64,000 nucleotides of DNA, from contig JBBRNT010000005.1 of assembly GCA_038230095.1 (NCBI GenBank), forward strand, positions 18,619 to 82,618. The letters run 5' to 3'. The position numbers were made by a program, and so were the translations under genes. Below the pieces are notes generated by a model that worked only from the letters and a program-made list of their open reading frames with translations, was not told the origin of the DNA and ran no database searches. This document shows positions 29,123 to 39,152 of the stretch, piece after piece (the stretch's first letter is position 1; each line of letters starts with the position of its first letter). The stretch comes from Candidatus Saccharimonadia bacterium. Its GTDB lineage: Bacteria > Patescibacteriota > Saccharimonadia > UBA4664 > JBBRNT01.

Positions 29123-29334
29123 TGATTTTCTCCCTGGGCGGTTAGTTCACGCTGGCGCAGGACCGTCAGACTGCGAGCAACAATTCGTTTGTGGGCAGCA
29201 ATTTGCTTAACCCCAGTGACTTCCTTGGTGCGCATATCAATTGCAAGCGCTGCGATAGCTTTGCGACTATCTGCGACCAAATCGTGCAGCTCTTTATCGG
29301 ACTTTGCGACAATGTCTTTTAGTTTCATACTCAT
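29119..29334 (-). CDS. rpmC: 50S ribosomal protein L29
   Basis: position between rplP and rpsQ; [13 protein letters not shown]. Confidence 0.88.
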   Translation of the reverse strand: MSMKLKDIVAKSDKELHDLVADSRKAIAALAIDMRTKEVTGVKQIAAHKRIVARSLTVLRQRELTAQGENQ

Positions 29335-29335
29335 C

Positions 29336-29761
29336 TTAGTTCTCTCCCCCTGGGGTGTGACGCACTATGAAGCGTGTCTTGATTGGTAGTTTGGCGGCAG
29401 CGAGGCGCATGGCTTCTTTGGCAGTCGCTTCGTCAATGCCATCCATTTCGAACAGGATACGACCGGGACGGATCTTGGCCACATAGTGGTCTACAGCGCC
29501 TTTGCCTGAGCCCATTCGGACTTCGGCTGGCTTGGATGTTACGGGTGTATCAGGGAAGATACGGATCCAGATCGTACCACCGCGTTTGACGTAGCGGGTC
29601 ATGGCACGACGAGCGGACTCAATCTGACGGGCTGTCAGGCGTGCAGGAGCCTCAGCCTTGAGGCCGAACTTGCCGAAGGCAACTTCAACGCCACGGCTAG
29701 CTTCGCCGCGAATGCGACCCTTCTGCTGCTTGCGATATTTGGTTCTGCGTGGGAGTAACAT
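29336..29761 (-). CDS. rplP: 50S ribosomal protein L16
   Basis: [18 protein letters not shown]. Confidence 0.98.
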   Translation of the reverse strand: MLLPRRTKYRKQQKGRIRGEASRGVEVAFGKFGLKAEAPARLTARQIESARRAMTRYVKRGGTIWIRIFPDTPVTSKPAEVRMGSGKGAVDHYVAKIRPGRILFEMDGIDEATAKEAMRLAAAKLPIKTRFIVRHTPGGEN

Positions 29762-29772
29762 GCTATGACCTC

Positions 29773-30399
29773 TTAATATTTGTTACCACGGTAGATCCAG
29801 GTTTTGACACCAATGATCCCGTATGTTGTATGAGCCAGGGCGGTACCGTAGTCTATGTCGGCGCGAATAGTATGCAACGGAATGCTACCTACAGCAACCG
29901 TCTCGCGACGGCTCATCTCCGCACCATTGAGGCGGCCAGAAACGGTAACTTTGGCACCCATAGCGCCGGCCTTCATGGCGGTCTCAGTAGCCATCTTCAT
30001 AGCGCGACGGAAGGAAATACGACGCTCAAGCTGGCTGGCAAGGTTCTCGGCTACCAGGGTGGCAACCACTTCTGGCTTCTTGATCTCTTCGATACTGACC
30101 TTTACAGGACCAGTTGCAATCTTGGCTAGAAGCTTCTTGATCTCTTCAGCGCCACTACCCCCACGACCGATGACAACACCAGGCTTGGCGGTATGAATGG
30201 TAACTACCAGGACGTTGGGTGAGCGCTCTATGTCAATGCGAGCAACACCAGCACGCTTGCCTAGCTTCTTCTCTACAGCGTCGCGGAGCTTAATGTCCTG
30301 GACGAGCTGAGTAGCGTAGTCCTTATCGGCGAACCACTTAGACTGCCAGTCCTTATCGACCTGGAGCCGAAGGCTGCGTGGATTTACTTTCTGACCCAT
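29773..30399 (-). CDS. rpsC: 30S ribosomal protein S3
   Basis: [27 protein letters not shown]. Confidence 0.98.
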   Translation of the reverse strand: MGQKVNPRSLRLQVDKDWQSKWFADKDYATQLVQDIKLRDAVEKKLGKRAGVARIDIERSPNVLVVTIHTAKPGVVIGRGGSGAEEIKKLLAKIATGPVKVSIEEIKKPEVVATLVAENLASQLERRISFRRAMKMATETAMKAGAMGAKVTVSGRLNGAEMSRRETVAVGSIPLHTIRADIDYGTALAHTTYGIIGVKTWIYRGNKY

Positions 30400-30809
30400 T
30401 ACTTGGCCTCCTTGGTAGGTGTTGCTACAGCTACAGGCTTCTCGGTGACAGCTGGCTTGGCAGCGGCCGAAACAGTTGGCTGATCGTTTAACACGATGGT
30501 GATATGGCTTGATCGCTTCTTGATGCTACCAGCAGCGCCCTTGGCACGGGGGCGGAAGCGCTTAAGGGTAGGCCCAGGACCAATAAAGACTGATTCCACA
30601 ACTAGGCTGGTAGCGGACAAACGGTAGTTGTTCTCGGCATTGGCAATGGCGCTATCAAGCACCTTACCAATAGGGTTCGTGGCGCGCTTGTTCAGGTGCT
30701 GTAGGGTTACCTGAGCAGCCTTAGCATGCTGGCCGCGGATGGTAGCAGCAACCAGACCCAACTTGCGGGTAGATGTACCAACGAACTTAGCTGTAGCTTT
30801 AACTTTCAT
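30399..30809 (-). CDS. rplV: 50S ribosomal protein L22
   Basis: SAIANAENN, LKRFRPRAKG, SHITI. Confidence 0.97.
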   Translation of the reverse strand: MKVKATAKFVGTSTRKLGLVAATIRGQHAKAAQVTLQHLNKRATNPIGKVLDSAIANAENNYRLSATSLVVESVFIGPGPTLKRFRPRAKGAAGSIKKRSSHITIVLNDQPTVSAAAKPAVTEKPVAVATPTKEAK

Positions 30810-31075
30810 TATTTGTCCTTCTTCCCGCCGTGGCCACGGAACTTACGGGTAGGAGCAAACTCGCCGAGCTTATGACCAACCATGTTCTCGGTGACAAAAA
30901 CCGGAACGTGTTGCTTGCCATTGTGTACGGCGAAGGTATGACCGACCATCTCCGGAGCAATAGTTGCTGGACGAGACCAGGTCTTCAGAACAGCTTTACT
31001 GCCAGCAGCAAGCTCAGTAACACGGCGCAGTAAGCGCTCATCAATAAATGGACCTTTTTTGAGTGATCTACTCAT
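30809..31075 (-). CDS. rpsS: 30S ribosomal protein S19
   Basis: [24 protein letters not shown]. Confidence 0.98.
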   Translation of the reverse strand: MSRSLKKGPFIDERLLRRVTELAAGSKAVLKTWSRPATIAPEMVGHTFAVHNGKQHVPVFVTENMVGHKLGEFAPTRKFRGHGGKKDK

Positions 31076-31915
31076 TTAACCTCTCCTGCCTTCACTGCGA
31101 CCACGAATGATCATGGCGTTGGTTGATTTACGTTTGCGTGTCTTGTAACCCAGAGCAGGCTTACCCCAAGGAGTAACCGGACCCTTACGCAGACCGATGT
31201 CGGTACCGCCTTCACCACCACCGTGACGGTGATCGACTGGGTTCATAGCCTTACCACGAACGGCTGGGCGCCAACCCATGTGACGCTTACGGCCAGCGCT
31301 ACCAATCTTAATGTTCTGGTGAGCTTCATTGCCGACGCCGCCAATGGTTGCGAGGCAGTTTTCGTGAATAAGACGGACTTCGCCAGATGGGAGCTTGACT
31401 TGGCAGAACTCACCTTCCTTGGCGACGAGCGAGGCCTTGACGCCGGCGCTACGAACCAGCTGGCCGCCCTTACCAAGCACGAGCTCAATATTGTAGATCT
31501 GGGTACCGACTGGGATGGCCTTAAGTGCGAGGCGATTGCCCTTCTTGATTTCGGCGTTCTCATCGCTTGAAATAACATCGCCGACCTTCATCTCGGAGCC
31601 AGCAATAATGTAGGCTAGCTTTCCACCCTCTATCTTAATAAGAGCGATGCGAGAGGTACGATTTGGGTCGTATTCAATAGCCTCAATAGTAGCGCTAGCT
31701 ATGCCGGCAAACTTGAAGTCTACGAGACGGTAGTGCTGCTTGGCACCACCACCGCGATGACGGATAGTGATCTTACCCTGATTGTTGCGACCTGAGCCGA
31801 CCTTTGATGCTACGAGAAGAGCCTTGGTAGGCTTCTTCTTGGTAATCATCGAGGTGTCTTGGGTAGTCATACCGCGACGAGCAGGGGTAGTAGGCTTGTA
31901 GAGTTTGAGTGCCAT
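31076..31915 (-). CDS. rplB: 50S ribosomal protein L2
   Basis: GRNNQG, EYDPNR, MNPVDH.HGGG. Confidence 0.98.
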   Translation of the reverse strand: MALKLYKPTTPARRGMTTQDTSMITKKKPTKALLVASKVGSGRNNQGKITIRHRGGGAKQHYRLVDFKFAGIASATIEAIEYDPNRTSRIALIKIEGGKLAYIIAGSEMKVGDVISSDENAEIKKGNRLALKAIPVGTQIYNIELVLGKGGQLVRSAGVKASLVAKEGEFCQVKLPSGEVRLIHENCLATIGGVGNEAHQNIKIGSAGRKRHMGWRPAVRGKAMNPVDHRHGGGEGGTDIGLRKGPVTPWGKPALGYKTRKRKSTNAMIIRGRSEGRRG

Positions 31916-32196
31916 TACTTTGCTCCCTCGAATAGGGCAATAGTCTGACCCTTCTTAAGAGTAACGATGGCTTTCTTGGCGTCTTTCTGGCGGCCAACAA
32001 TCTGGCGGAACCGCTTCTCTTTACCTTTGGCAATGATGATGGTAACGCCGGTAACGCTGACCTTGAACTCGGCTTCGACAGCCTTCTTGATCTCGATCTT
32101 GTTGGTGGTCATGGGAACTTCAAATACGTATTGGCCGCGGTCCGCTAGGAACATAGCCTTTTCGCTAATCTTGGGACGGAGTACTAGATAAGTCAT
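31915..32196 (-). CDS. rplW: 50S ribosomal protein L23
   Basis: ISEKA, KKAIVTL. Confidence 0.96.
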   Translation of the reverse strand: MTYLVLRPKISEKAMFLADRGQYVFEVPMTTNKIEIKKAVEAEFKVSVTGVTIIIAKGKEKRFRQIVGRQKDAKKAIVTLKKGQTIALFEGAK

Positions 32197-32867
32197 GATG
32201 CGGCCTCCACTTTGGCTTCTTTCTTAGCTGGGACCTTGGCGGCACCACTGAGCCAAGCAGTTACGAGTGGCAGGGCGTCTTCGGTCATAATGATGGTATC
32301 GGCGTTAAGAATGTCGAAGACATTCAGGTAGGTTGCAGTAACCACCTTGAGACCAGGAATGTTGCGAGTAGCGCGATCTGCGAGCAAGTCCTTCTGGCTA
32401 AGAACCAGGAGGATTGTACCTTCAAGGCCGAGCTTACCTAGCAGCTGTACAGTTGGCTTTACTGTACCCTCAGAAACGAAGGTCTCAATGATAGATATGC
32501 GCTTCTCGGAGGCCTGGAGCGACAGTGCCTGGGCTACGGCAGTGCGCTTGGTAGTAGTGGACATTTTCATTGAATAGTTCTCGATGCCAGTAGCACCGAA
32601 AACGACACCACCACTGCGCCAGTTTGGCACACGTGAGGAGCCGACACGAGCCCGACCAGTCCCCTTCTGACGCCAGGGTTTCTTACCACCACCACGGACT
32701 TCGCCGCGAGTAAGGGTCTTGGCATTGGCGGTACGGCCGTTGGCCAGATAGGTCTTGTAGGCTTGGCTAAGCAGCTTGTCGTTGGGGGTAAGCCCGAAGA
32801 CGCTGGTATCTAGCTTGATTGCTTTGTCTGACTTAGCGCCAGACTTAGTGTAGTGCAGTACAGTCAT
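32193..32867 (-). CDS. rplD: 50S ribosomal protein L4
   Basis: GGGKKPWRQKGTGRARVG. Confidence 0.98.
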   Translation of the reverse strand: MTVLHYTKSGAKSDKAIKLDTSVFGLTPNDKLLSQAYKTYLANGRTANAKTLTRGEVRGGGKKPWRQKGTGRARVGSSRVPNWRSGGVVFGATGIENYSMKMSTTTKRTAVAQALSLQASEKRISIIETFVSEGTVKPTVQLLGKLGLEGTILLVLSQKDLLADRATRNIPGLKVVTATYLNVFDILNADTIIMTEDALPLVTAWLSGAAKVPAKKEAKVEAAS

Positions 32868-33517
32868 GATGCGAGTCCTCGGATGATTACTAGGCCCTTC
32901 TTTGGACCAGGAACGGCGCCACGGATGGCGAGCAGACCCTGCTCTACGTCGACAGCGACCACACGTAGGTTCTTGACGGTCACGGTGTCTCCGCCCATAC
33001 GGCCGGCCATACGCATGCCCTTCATAACGTGCTGAGGAAACTGAGAACCAATAGAGCCAGGTTCACGATGGTTACGCGAACCGTGGCTCATAGGACCGCG
33101 GGCAAAATTATGGCGCTTGATGGTACCGGCAAAACCCTTACCTTTGCTGGTGCCAGTAACCTGGACTTCGTCGCCAGCCTCAAAGGCAGTAACGTCAATC
33201 TTGTCACCCAGGTTGAGGCCGAGCTCGGCTAGAGCCTCGTCGGTGGAAATGTCTTGGCCAGCGACAATGTCCTTGATGCGGAATTCGTGCAGGTACCGGG
33301 CGGTAGTATTGGCCGATTTCAGGTGACCCTGTTGAGGCCGTTTGACGTGAGCCGATTCGCCAAAACCAAGCTGGATGGCGTTGTAGCCATCGGTAGTTTT
33401 GGACTTGATCTGGGTGACGGTGCAGGGGCCAGCAACGACCAATGTTACGGGTGCAACATTGCCCTCCGCGTCGAAGATTTGAGTCATACCTAGTTTTGTG
33501 CCGAGCAGCGCTTTCAT
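32864..33517 (-). CDS. rplC: 50S ribosomal protein L3
   Basis: KLGMTQ, SKGKGFAG, GAVPG. Confidence 0.98.
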   Translation of the reverse strand: MKALLGTKLGMTQIFDAEGNVAPVTLVVAGPCTVTQIKSKTTDGYNAIQLGFGESAHVKRPQQGHLKSANTTARYLHEFRIKDIVAGQDISTDEALAELGLNLGDKIDVTAFEAGDEVQVTGTSKGKGFAGTIKRHNFARGPMSHGSRNHREPGSIGSQFPQHVMKGMRMAGRMGGDTVTVKNLRVVAVDVEQGLLAIRGAVPGPKKGLVIIRGLAS

Positions 33518-33676
33518 GAAAAACCTTATCTGTAAGCAATAAATAATTCTGGCGAATGCGTGGTATCTGGCTAGACCTGCGCGCTCCCCAGTGATCAGTT
33601 TGAGTTTTTATGTCAGGGTTTAGGCCCTGAACATGGCTACCCGAAGATGATAGCAAGCAGAGCGCCAGCTGTCAAC
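33518..33676 (-). promoter_or_regulatory. rplC promoter and structured 5' leader
   Basis: TTGACA-17-TATCAT, then hairpin ATGTTCAGGG..CCCTGACAT and further stems. Confidence 0.65.
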
Positions 33677-33686
33677 CGTATTACAC

Positions 33687-33956
33687 CTAGAAATGGACGA
33701 TAAGGAAAATGCCCGGACCGAAGAGGCCAATGAGGGCCGCCACTAGGAGCAGGGCATACTCAATCTTGCGATCCATCTGGAAGCGTTCGTGCCTGGCGAA
33801 GAGTAGCCCCAGGAGGAAGCCGACTGGGAATATGGCCTGATCGCCCCACTTGACCCAGACTAGGCCCAGAAACAGGTACAGGGCTAGCTTAAGTACGTAG
33901 GCGGTGCTCGACTCTCCTACTGGCTTCACTACTGGCTTGGCGGGGGTACGTGGCAC
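33687..33956 (-). CDS. hypothetical small membrane protein
   Basis: three hydrophobic segments; abuts aquaporin stop. Confidence 0.7.
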   Translation of the reverse strand: MPRTPAKPVVKPVGESSTAYVLKLALYLFLGLVWVKWGDQAIFPVGFLLGLLFARHERFQMDRKIEYALLLVAALIGLFGPGIFLIVHF

Positions 33957-34574
33957 CTACTTCTCGAGTTCGGCTTCATGGTAGACCACAGAAGCCAGTA
34001 CACCACCGACGAGCGGTCCTACGCTGTAGAGTAGGAGCCAGGCCCAGTGCGTCGACAAATTACCAATATCAAACAGTAGCGGTCCAAGTCCAACGGCGGG
34101 GTTGAAGGCGCCCCCAGAGATAGGGCCGCCCGCATAGGCGCCGGCCAGGACAACAAAGCCGATAGCCAGGCCAAAGTAGCTATTGCCCTTCGTGGCCTTC
34201 GAGACAGCGGTATAGAGTACCGTGGTGACAAGGGCAAAGGTGAAGATGACCTCCACGAGCATGGCCTGGCCGAAGCTGGCGTCTATACCCGGCTGTACAG
34301 TAAACACGGTGCCCTTCAGGATGAAGTAGACAGCTGCAGCCACAAACGCTGCTGCAAGCTGGGTGGCGGCGTAGATGAGCGCCTGGTGCCGCTTAATGGC
34401 GCCGCGCAGGTACAGAGCCAGGGTAACGGCAGGGTTGTAGTAGGCACCGGAGATGGCGCCACCCATATAGACCATAGCCACTAGCACTGCACCAATGGCG
34501 AGCGGATTGCCTGTAAGCGCAACAACCAGAACTAGGAAAAATGTGCCAATAAACTCAACAACGTATTTTCGCAT
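33957..34574 (-). CDS. aquaporin (MIP family)
   Basis: EFIGTF, SGAYYNPA and SGGAFNPA. Confidence 0.95.
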   Translation of the reverse strand: MRKYVVEFIGTFFLVLVVALTGNPLAIGAVLVAMVYMGGAISGAYYNPAVTLALYLRGAIKRHQALIYAATQLAAAFVAAAVYFILKGTVFTVQPGIDASFGQAMLVEVIFTFALVTTVLYTAVSKATKGNSYFGLAIGFVVLAGAYAGGPISGGAFNPAVGLGPLLFDIGNLSTHWAWLLLYSVGPLVGGVLASVVYHEAELEK

Positions 34575-34583
34575 GACGGCCTC

Positions 34584-35093
34584 CTAGCCTTTATAGTATT
34601 CACGAACCTGGAAGAGCACATACAGTCCGAGGACGAGTGAAATAACGCCGGTTAGCACTGATGCCCGGTAAATATTCATCAGGACATTAACGAAGACGAC
34701 GACAATGAGTGCATTCCAGCCCTCTATTTGTCGTTTGAAGAGCCCGGGGAGTGCTACTACCAGGAAAGCCAGCTGGACCACATAGAAGATGGTTTGGAAG
34801 GCAAAGCTATTGGCTAGGCTTGGCAGGTACTGCTCAAGAACTTTGAAGCCCGGCAGGGTAAAGCGAACCAGCAGTAGAATGGCCTGGAGTTGGTACAGGG
34901 CGGCCAGGGCGACAGCCCACGGAGCATAGGTGACTATGGCTTTCTTGGCGTTAGTCGGTATCTGGACTGGTGCCTTCTCGACCAGGTAGTACTCACCCCA
35001 GCTCATGAGATCCTTCGGTTGGGCGGCGGTATGACGCTTGGGCGCTGACTGAGACTTAGGTTTTGCTTTAGGGGCGGGTTTCTTTGCGGCCAT
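34584..35093 (-). CDS. hypothetical membrane protein
   Basis: GAGG RBS, basic N-terminus, about four TMs. Confidence 0.75.
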   Translation of the reverse strand: MAAKKPAPKAKPKSQSAPKRHTAAQPKDLMSWGEYYLVEKAPVQIPTNAKKAIVTYAPWAVALAALYQLQAILLLVRFTLPGFKVLEQYLPSLANSFAFQTIFYVVQLAFLVVALPGLFKRQIEGWNALIVVVFVNVLMNIYRASVLTGVISLVLGLYVLFQVREYYKG

Positions 35094-35243
35094 GGTTCAC
35101 CTCGAATAGATTAGTGCTCGTGCGTATATGAGGCTATTGTAATACGCTTGTGCTTAATTGCGAAGCCCTACGCCCACAAGAAGCGCATAATTATTGTAAG
35201 TTTGCACCATTGACGCGGCCCGTGAACATGCTAGGCTAGAAGC

Positions 35244-35535
35244 ACCCGAAGTAGTAACGCTTAAAGCCAACTCATGTGAGGGCTGTAAGCCGAACTCAGC
35301 GTTTGGAGCTTCGCAACCATGAGCATGCAATTCGTACGAGGATTCCAGGCAAGTGCAAGTGAGGCCATAGTGAAGCTAACCGGGCTTGTACCTCTGACGC
35401 AAATCACTGATTGATATGAGAACTGGGCCTTGTTCGGCCGAGCCACGTCCACCAAAGTACACGGTGTCCACGGTACGTATCAACCAAACATACAGAGCGG
35501 AAAAACTCCTTGCGCGAACACGCTTGGAGTTTTTT
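35244..35535 (+). ncRNA. unassigned structured ncRNA, about 290 nt
   Basis: TTGACG-16-TAGGCT promoter with extended TG, multiple nested stems, terminator AAAAACTCC..GGAGTTTTTT; no credible ORF. Confidence 0.6.
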
Positions 35536-35558
35536 CATTGTCATTATTTCCGCGCGTA

Positions 35559-36281
35559 CTAGTCTATGTCGATACGGACAAAGCCCTCTGCCAGCATCAT
35601 GCCGCCGGCTTGACCCATCTGTGCAGCCACGCCCCGCATCATGGTCTGGGTGGCGGCAATGTCGGCCATTTGGCTGGCGTGGGCGGCCAGGGCCTCCATT
35701 TTGGTCTCAATACTGGTACTAATGTCCTCGTAGTAGTTACTGTGCTCGAAGTTGACGAGCAGCACGGTCCTGGTCTTATGTGGCTCGTGGCCCTCGGCCA
35801 GGAGCTCAGGGAAGCTGAGATGATCGCGTGAGAGTGGGAACACGGCATCCAGGGTGGCTTGCCCTGCGGCACGGTGATCTGGATGATTGATAAAGCCGAA
35901 GCTGGCAACGTAGACCATCGTAGGGTCCATAGTCATAACCACTTCGGGCCGCGTCTGGCGGATAAGACGGGCAAGATCGCGCTTAAGCTGGCGGGTTACT
36001 TCGAGAGCGCCGTCTTCATAGTCTAGGAACTGAACACTCTTAACACCCAGGATGTCTGCCGCAGCCTGCTGCTCTTGCTTACGGGTAGCAGTGAGCTGGG
36101 CGGGCGTCAGCGTCTTGTCTTCGGAGCCCTTGCCACCATCAGTAATAACAACGTAGTGGACTTCAGCGCCGGCAGCGGCCCACTTGGCAACGCTGCCAGA
36201 CATACCAAATTCTAGATCGTCTGGGTGGGCAGCAATGCAGAGGACGCGCTTGGGGTGGAGTGGTTCAAAAGTGGGATTCAT
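35559..36281 (-). CDS. PIG-L family deacetylase
   Basis: AHPDD, TDGGKG, HPDH motifs. Confidence 0.93.
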   Translation of the reverse strand: MNPTFEPLHPKRVLCIAAHPDDLEFGMSGSVAKWAAAGAEVHYVVITDGGKGSEDKTLTPAQLTATRKQEQQAAADILGVKSVQFLDYEDGALEVTRQLKRDLARLIRQTRPEVVMTMDPTMVYVASFGFINHPDHRAAGQATLDAVFPLSRDHLSFPELLAEGHEPHKTRTVLLVNFEHSNYYEDISTSIETKMEALAAHASQMADIAATQTMMRGVAAQMGQAGGMMLAEGFVRIDID

Positions 36282-36295
36282 AGTGCTAGTTTACC

Positions 36296-36910
36296 TCATA
36301 ATGGATGATCTTGACTGCGAGATTGAGCCGCCGTGGTCTTGGTGCGATCGGCGAAGTACGCGGCGTAGTAGGTCTCCAGCTGGGGTGTCAAGATGGGGGC
36401 CTCCGAGCCCAGGATAGAGTGACGCTCATCTGCCCGTTCAGATGGGTCGGCATAGGCCGTAAGCCGCTGGGTAATGTCTGAATCAGTGAGCTGTCCTAGG
36501 GCAACGCCAGACAGGTCATCAACACTCCGCTTGGCTTGGTCGCTCAAATGGCGGTAGGCCTGGTGTAGCATTTCGTGGGCAGCGGTGACAATCTCGTCGC
36601 TGGCCGACTCTCCGTCCCCAGCTTTCAGAATATAGATAATGCCATGGGTGGTGGTACAGCCGAGTGTACCCGCCGAGCAGTTGGTCTCTATGGTGGCCTT
36701 GTCCGCCAGGACGGGCCGTGACAGATAAAATAGACGCCGGCCCGCATCAGAGAACCCAGCCTGGGTAGCAAGCATGCTGACTTCGGCTGGAGCGCGATAG
36801 AAGCGGAGCGCCAGTTCATCGCTGAGCTCCCGTCGGTAGATAGCTGCTGCTACGAGCAGCCCAACAAGGAGGATGACGAAGAAGGCGTCGAACTGCCTGC
36901 TGGTATGCAT
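36296..36910 (-). CDS. membrane-anchored putative zinc metallopeptidase
   Basis: N-terminal TM; AHEMLH zincin motif with downstream DE.HS. Confidence 0.7.
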   Translation of the reverse strand: MHTSRQFDAFFVILLVGLLVAAAIYRRELSDELALRFYRAPAEVSMLATQAGFSDAGRRLFYLSRPVLADKATIETNCSAGTLGCTTTHGIIYILKAGDGESASDEIVTAAHEMLHQAYRHLSDQAKRSVDDLSGVALGQLTDSDITQRLTAYADPSERADERHSILGSEAPILTPQLETYYAAYFADRTKTTAAQSRSQDHPL

Positions 36911-36911
36911 G

Positions 36912-37496
36912 CTAGGCGGGCTTACGACCAGCTAGACCCAGTAGACGGTCTTGTAGCGAGGCGCTATCAGCAACTTCCACAATAGGCCCAAGAACGTGCA
37001 TTTGCCGGAGCATGTCGCCCTCGGCCGACACATAGTCCCATAGCCCCTGGACTAGACCGGGCGGCATAGTAGCGTCCACCCCAATAAACGTAGCCAGGTC
37101 AAATACCCGGAAGCCGCGGTAGAGGGTAATATGCTCTAGATACTCGCGGACCTTGAAATCGCCGTAGCTCAGGTGCACCGTGCGGTCTAGATCGGCATCG
37201 GTCAGGGCTTGAACCGCTGCCACGGCCTTTTCCATATAGCCGTTCCAGCTAGCCATATAGTCTGCACCCATCAGATCACCAGCATAGGCCTCACCGACCT
37301 CGGCAATGGTTTTGCCGGCCAGGGTGTCTGGTACAAAGGCATCGTCGTAAATGTGGTAGTTAATAGTCTCGTGCAATGTGACCGGCTTGCTCGTCATACC
37401 GACCGGCAGGACCATGTCCCACTGCGCGGGCTTGATCTGGGCCACCACACCGGCTAGAGCGTGCTCGGCTATGACAAAAGTGCTGCGTATATCCAT
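36912..37496 (-). CDS. DinB/maleylpyruvate-isomerase-like metal-binding protein (TIGR03086-like)
   Basis: QW..P..TL...NYH, DLDRTVHLSYG, DLA, DRLLGLAGR. Confidence 0.7.
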   Translation of the reverse strand: MDIRSTFVIAEHALAGVVAQIKPAQWDMVLPVGMTSKPVTLHETINYHIYDDAFVPDTLAGKTIAEVGEAYAGDLMGADYMASWNGYMEKAVAAVQALTDADLDRTVHLSYGDFKVREYLEHITLYRGFRVFDLATFIGVDATMPPGLVQGLWDYVSAEGDMLRQMHVLGPIVEVADSASLQDRLLGLAGRKPA

Positions 37497-37509
37497 AGGG
37501 TTCCTCTGC

Positions 37510-37782
37510 TTATGCTTCGACAAACTTCTTACCGTGCTCTACCAAGACATTGTCTAGCGCTGCGGCAAAGTTCTTGGCATCGGCAAATGCCATGGTGATA
37601 CGGCTGACCACCTGGCCTTCCAGTGCGCTCGGTGCTTCACCCGCCTGGCGGGGGTGCACATAGACAAAGTCAAAGGTGACCATACCGCCGTTGGCATTGA
37701 GTACCGTAACCTGGGCGATCTGGCTACCGACAGTACTATCATTGATCTTGAGTTCTTGTTGTACGTGGTCTGATTGGTCCAT
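37510..37782 (-). CDS. DUF3467-like protein
   Basis: TFDFVY..VVSRITM...AK.F..AL pattern. Confidence 0.6.
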   Translation of the reverse strand: MDQSDHVQQELKINDSTVGSQIAQVTVLNANGGMVTFDFVYVHPRQAGEAPSALEGQVVSRITMAFADAKNFAAALDNVLVEHGKKFVEA

Positions 37783-37929
37783 GTGTTCCGCCTCTTACAG
37801 TTCTATTGTACGCCCCAGACTCCACTTGCCATAGCTGCTAATCGCCAGATAGGTCGAACAAAACTACCAATCCAACACCTTCCAAATAATTGACCCGCTG
37901 TCTGAAAGACAGCGGGTCTGGGGAGGCAG

Positions 37930-38394
37930 CTAGAGCAGAAAGTCCCAACTGCGGGTGGTGTAGGGGTCCATAATGCGGAGGTGGGTGTGGTAGCCGCTCA
38001 TGCGTACTACCTGGTCCATTAGCTCGTCCACGTGGCCGGCTACGCGCTCGCTATCGAGGAACTGCGCGGAGGCCAAACTGACATGCACGGTCACCAGGAT
38101 GGTAATGTCGGCCTCTAGACCGGCAGGCTCACCACCCGGCAGAGCGACCCGGACGGACTTGATGCGGGTGCCATCTATGAAGGCCGTACCAAGCCAGGCG
38201 TGGACAAGGTACATTATGCTGACGGCCGGAATGTCCGGAGCACGGTCGTGCAGTCCTGAAGCAATTATCATTTCCATACCCAGTAGTGCGCCGGGCTCAA
38301 TGCGTTGCTGTTCGGGGGTATTTGCCACAGTGGACTCATTTCTAGAAAGGTGCGGATCGAAACCTATTCTGACCACTACTGGGCTGTGTGTCAA
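37930..38394 (-). CDS. hypothetical protein (start uncertain)
   Basis: ORF followed by hairpin GACCCGCTGTC..GACAGCGGGTC. Confidence 0.55.
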   Translation of the reverse strand: MTHSPVVVRIGFDPHLSRNESTVANTPEQQRIEPGALLGMEMIIASGLHDRAPDIPAVSIMYLVHAWLGTAFIDGTRIKSVRVALPGGEPAGLEADITILVTVHVSLASAQFLDSERVAGHVDELMDQVVRMSGYHTHLRIMDPYTTRSWDFLL

Positions 38395-38485
38395 TATTTA
38401 CCGGGTAGAGTACAAGTCCCACTCCCCTACTATGATCTGGCTTATGCGGCAAGGCAGGACTACCCGCTGAGTATATCTGGCCACG

Positions 38486-38511
38486 AAAAAACCGCCCGAC
38501 GGCGGTTTTTT
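38486..38511 (-). terminator. terminator after rpsJ
   Basis: A6-CCGCC-cgac-GGCGG-T6. Confidence 0.85.
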
Positions 38512-38542
38512 CGCTATATACTCCGTATTCCAGAGCAGAGTG

Positions 38543-38878
38543 TTACATTTTAATTTCAATATCCACGCCTGCTGGGAGGTTCAGGTTCATGAGGGCGTCG
38601 ATGGTCTTGGGGGTGGGCTCGGTAATGTCGATCAGGCGCTTGTGAGTGCGCATTTCGAACTGCTCACGGGCGTCCTTGTGGACGAAGGTGGACTTCAGTA
38701 CGGTGTAGCCATTACGCTCAGTGGGCAGTGGGATCGGGCCGGCTACCTTGGCACCGGTACGGATAGCAGTGTCTAGAATCTGCTTGGCCGACTGGTCTAT
38801 GACCTTGTTGTCGTACGCCTTGAGGCGGATACGGATGCGTTGTTTCTGATCGGTCTTGGGCTCGACTTTGTCGGCCAT
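38543..38878 (-). CDS. rpsJ: 30S ribosomal protein S10
   Basis: [31 protein letters not shown]. Confidence 0.98.
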   Translation of the reverse strand: MADKVEPKTDQKQRIRIRLKAYDNKVIDQSAKQILDTAIRTGAKVAGPIPLPTERNGYTVLKSTFVHKDAREQFEMRTHKRLIDITEPTPKTIDALMNLNLPAGVDIEIKM

Positions 38879-39108
38879 GGGGTATCTCCTAAGCGAAAGT
38901 CTGCAGAGGGTTACTCGGCAACTAACGTGTGCTTTGACTTAGTTTATTGTTAATGAGAGTTAGTATAACGTAATTTGAGTGATAGATCAAGACGGTGACG
39001 GACGAGTGGGATTCTAGTTGGCGCAGGCATCAAATAGAGCAGTCCAGGTATCGGTGAGGTCGTAGCCCTCACCGAGGGGCGATTCCAGTCGACCAGACGT
39101 AGGCAATC

Positions 39109-39132
39109 AAAAAAGACCCTTGCGGGTCTTCT
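39109..39132 (-). terminator. terminator after tuf
   Basis: AAGACCC-gcaa-GGGTCTT plus T-run on minus strand. Confidence 0.85.
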
Positions 39133-39152
39133 CTGATATCCGGTAGCTGAAA

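Noticed and set aside
35244-35460. tmRNA, suggested by GTCCACCA near 35447-35454
   Set aside because: No T-arm GTTCRA before it, no matching 5' GGGG acceptor strand, no recognisable tag ORF.
39050-39076. Isolated hairpin TCGGTGAGG..CCTCACCGA between tuf terminator and rpsJ promoter
   Set aside because: Single stem with no U-tract, repeat copy or associated ORF; no function can be supported.
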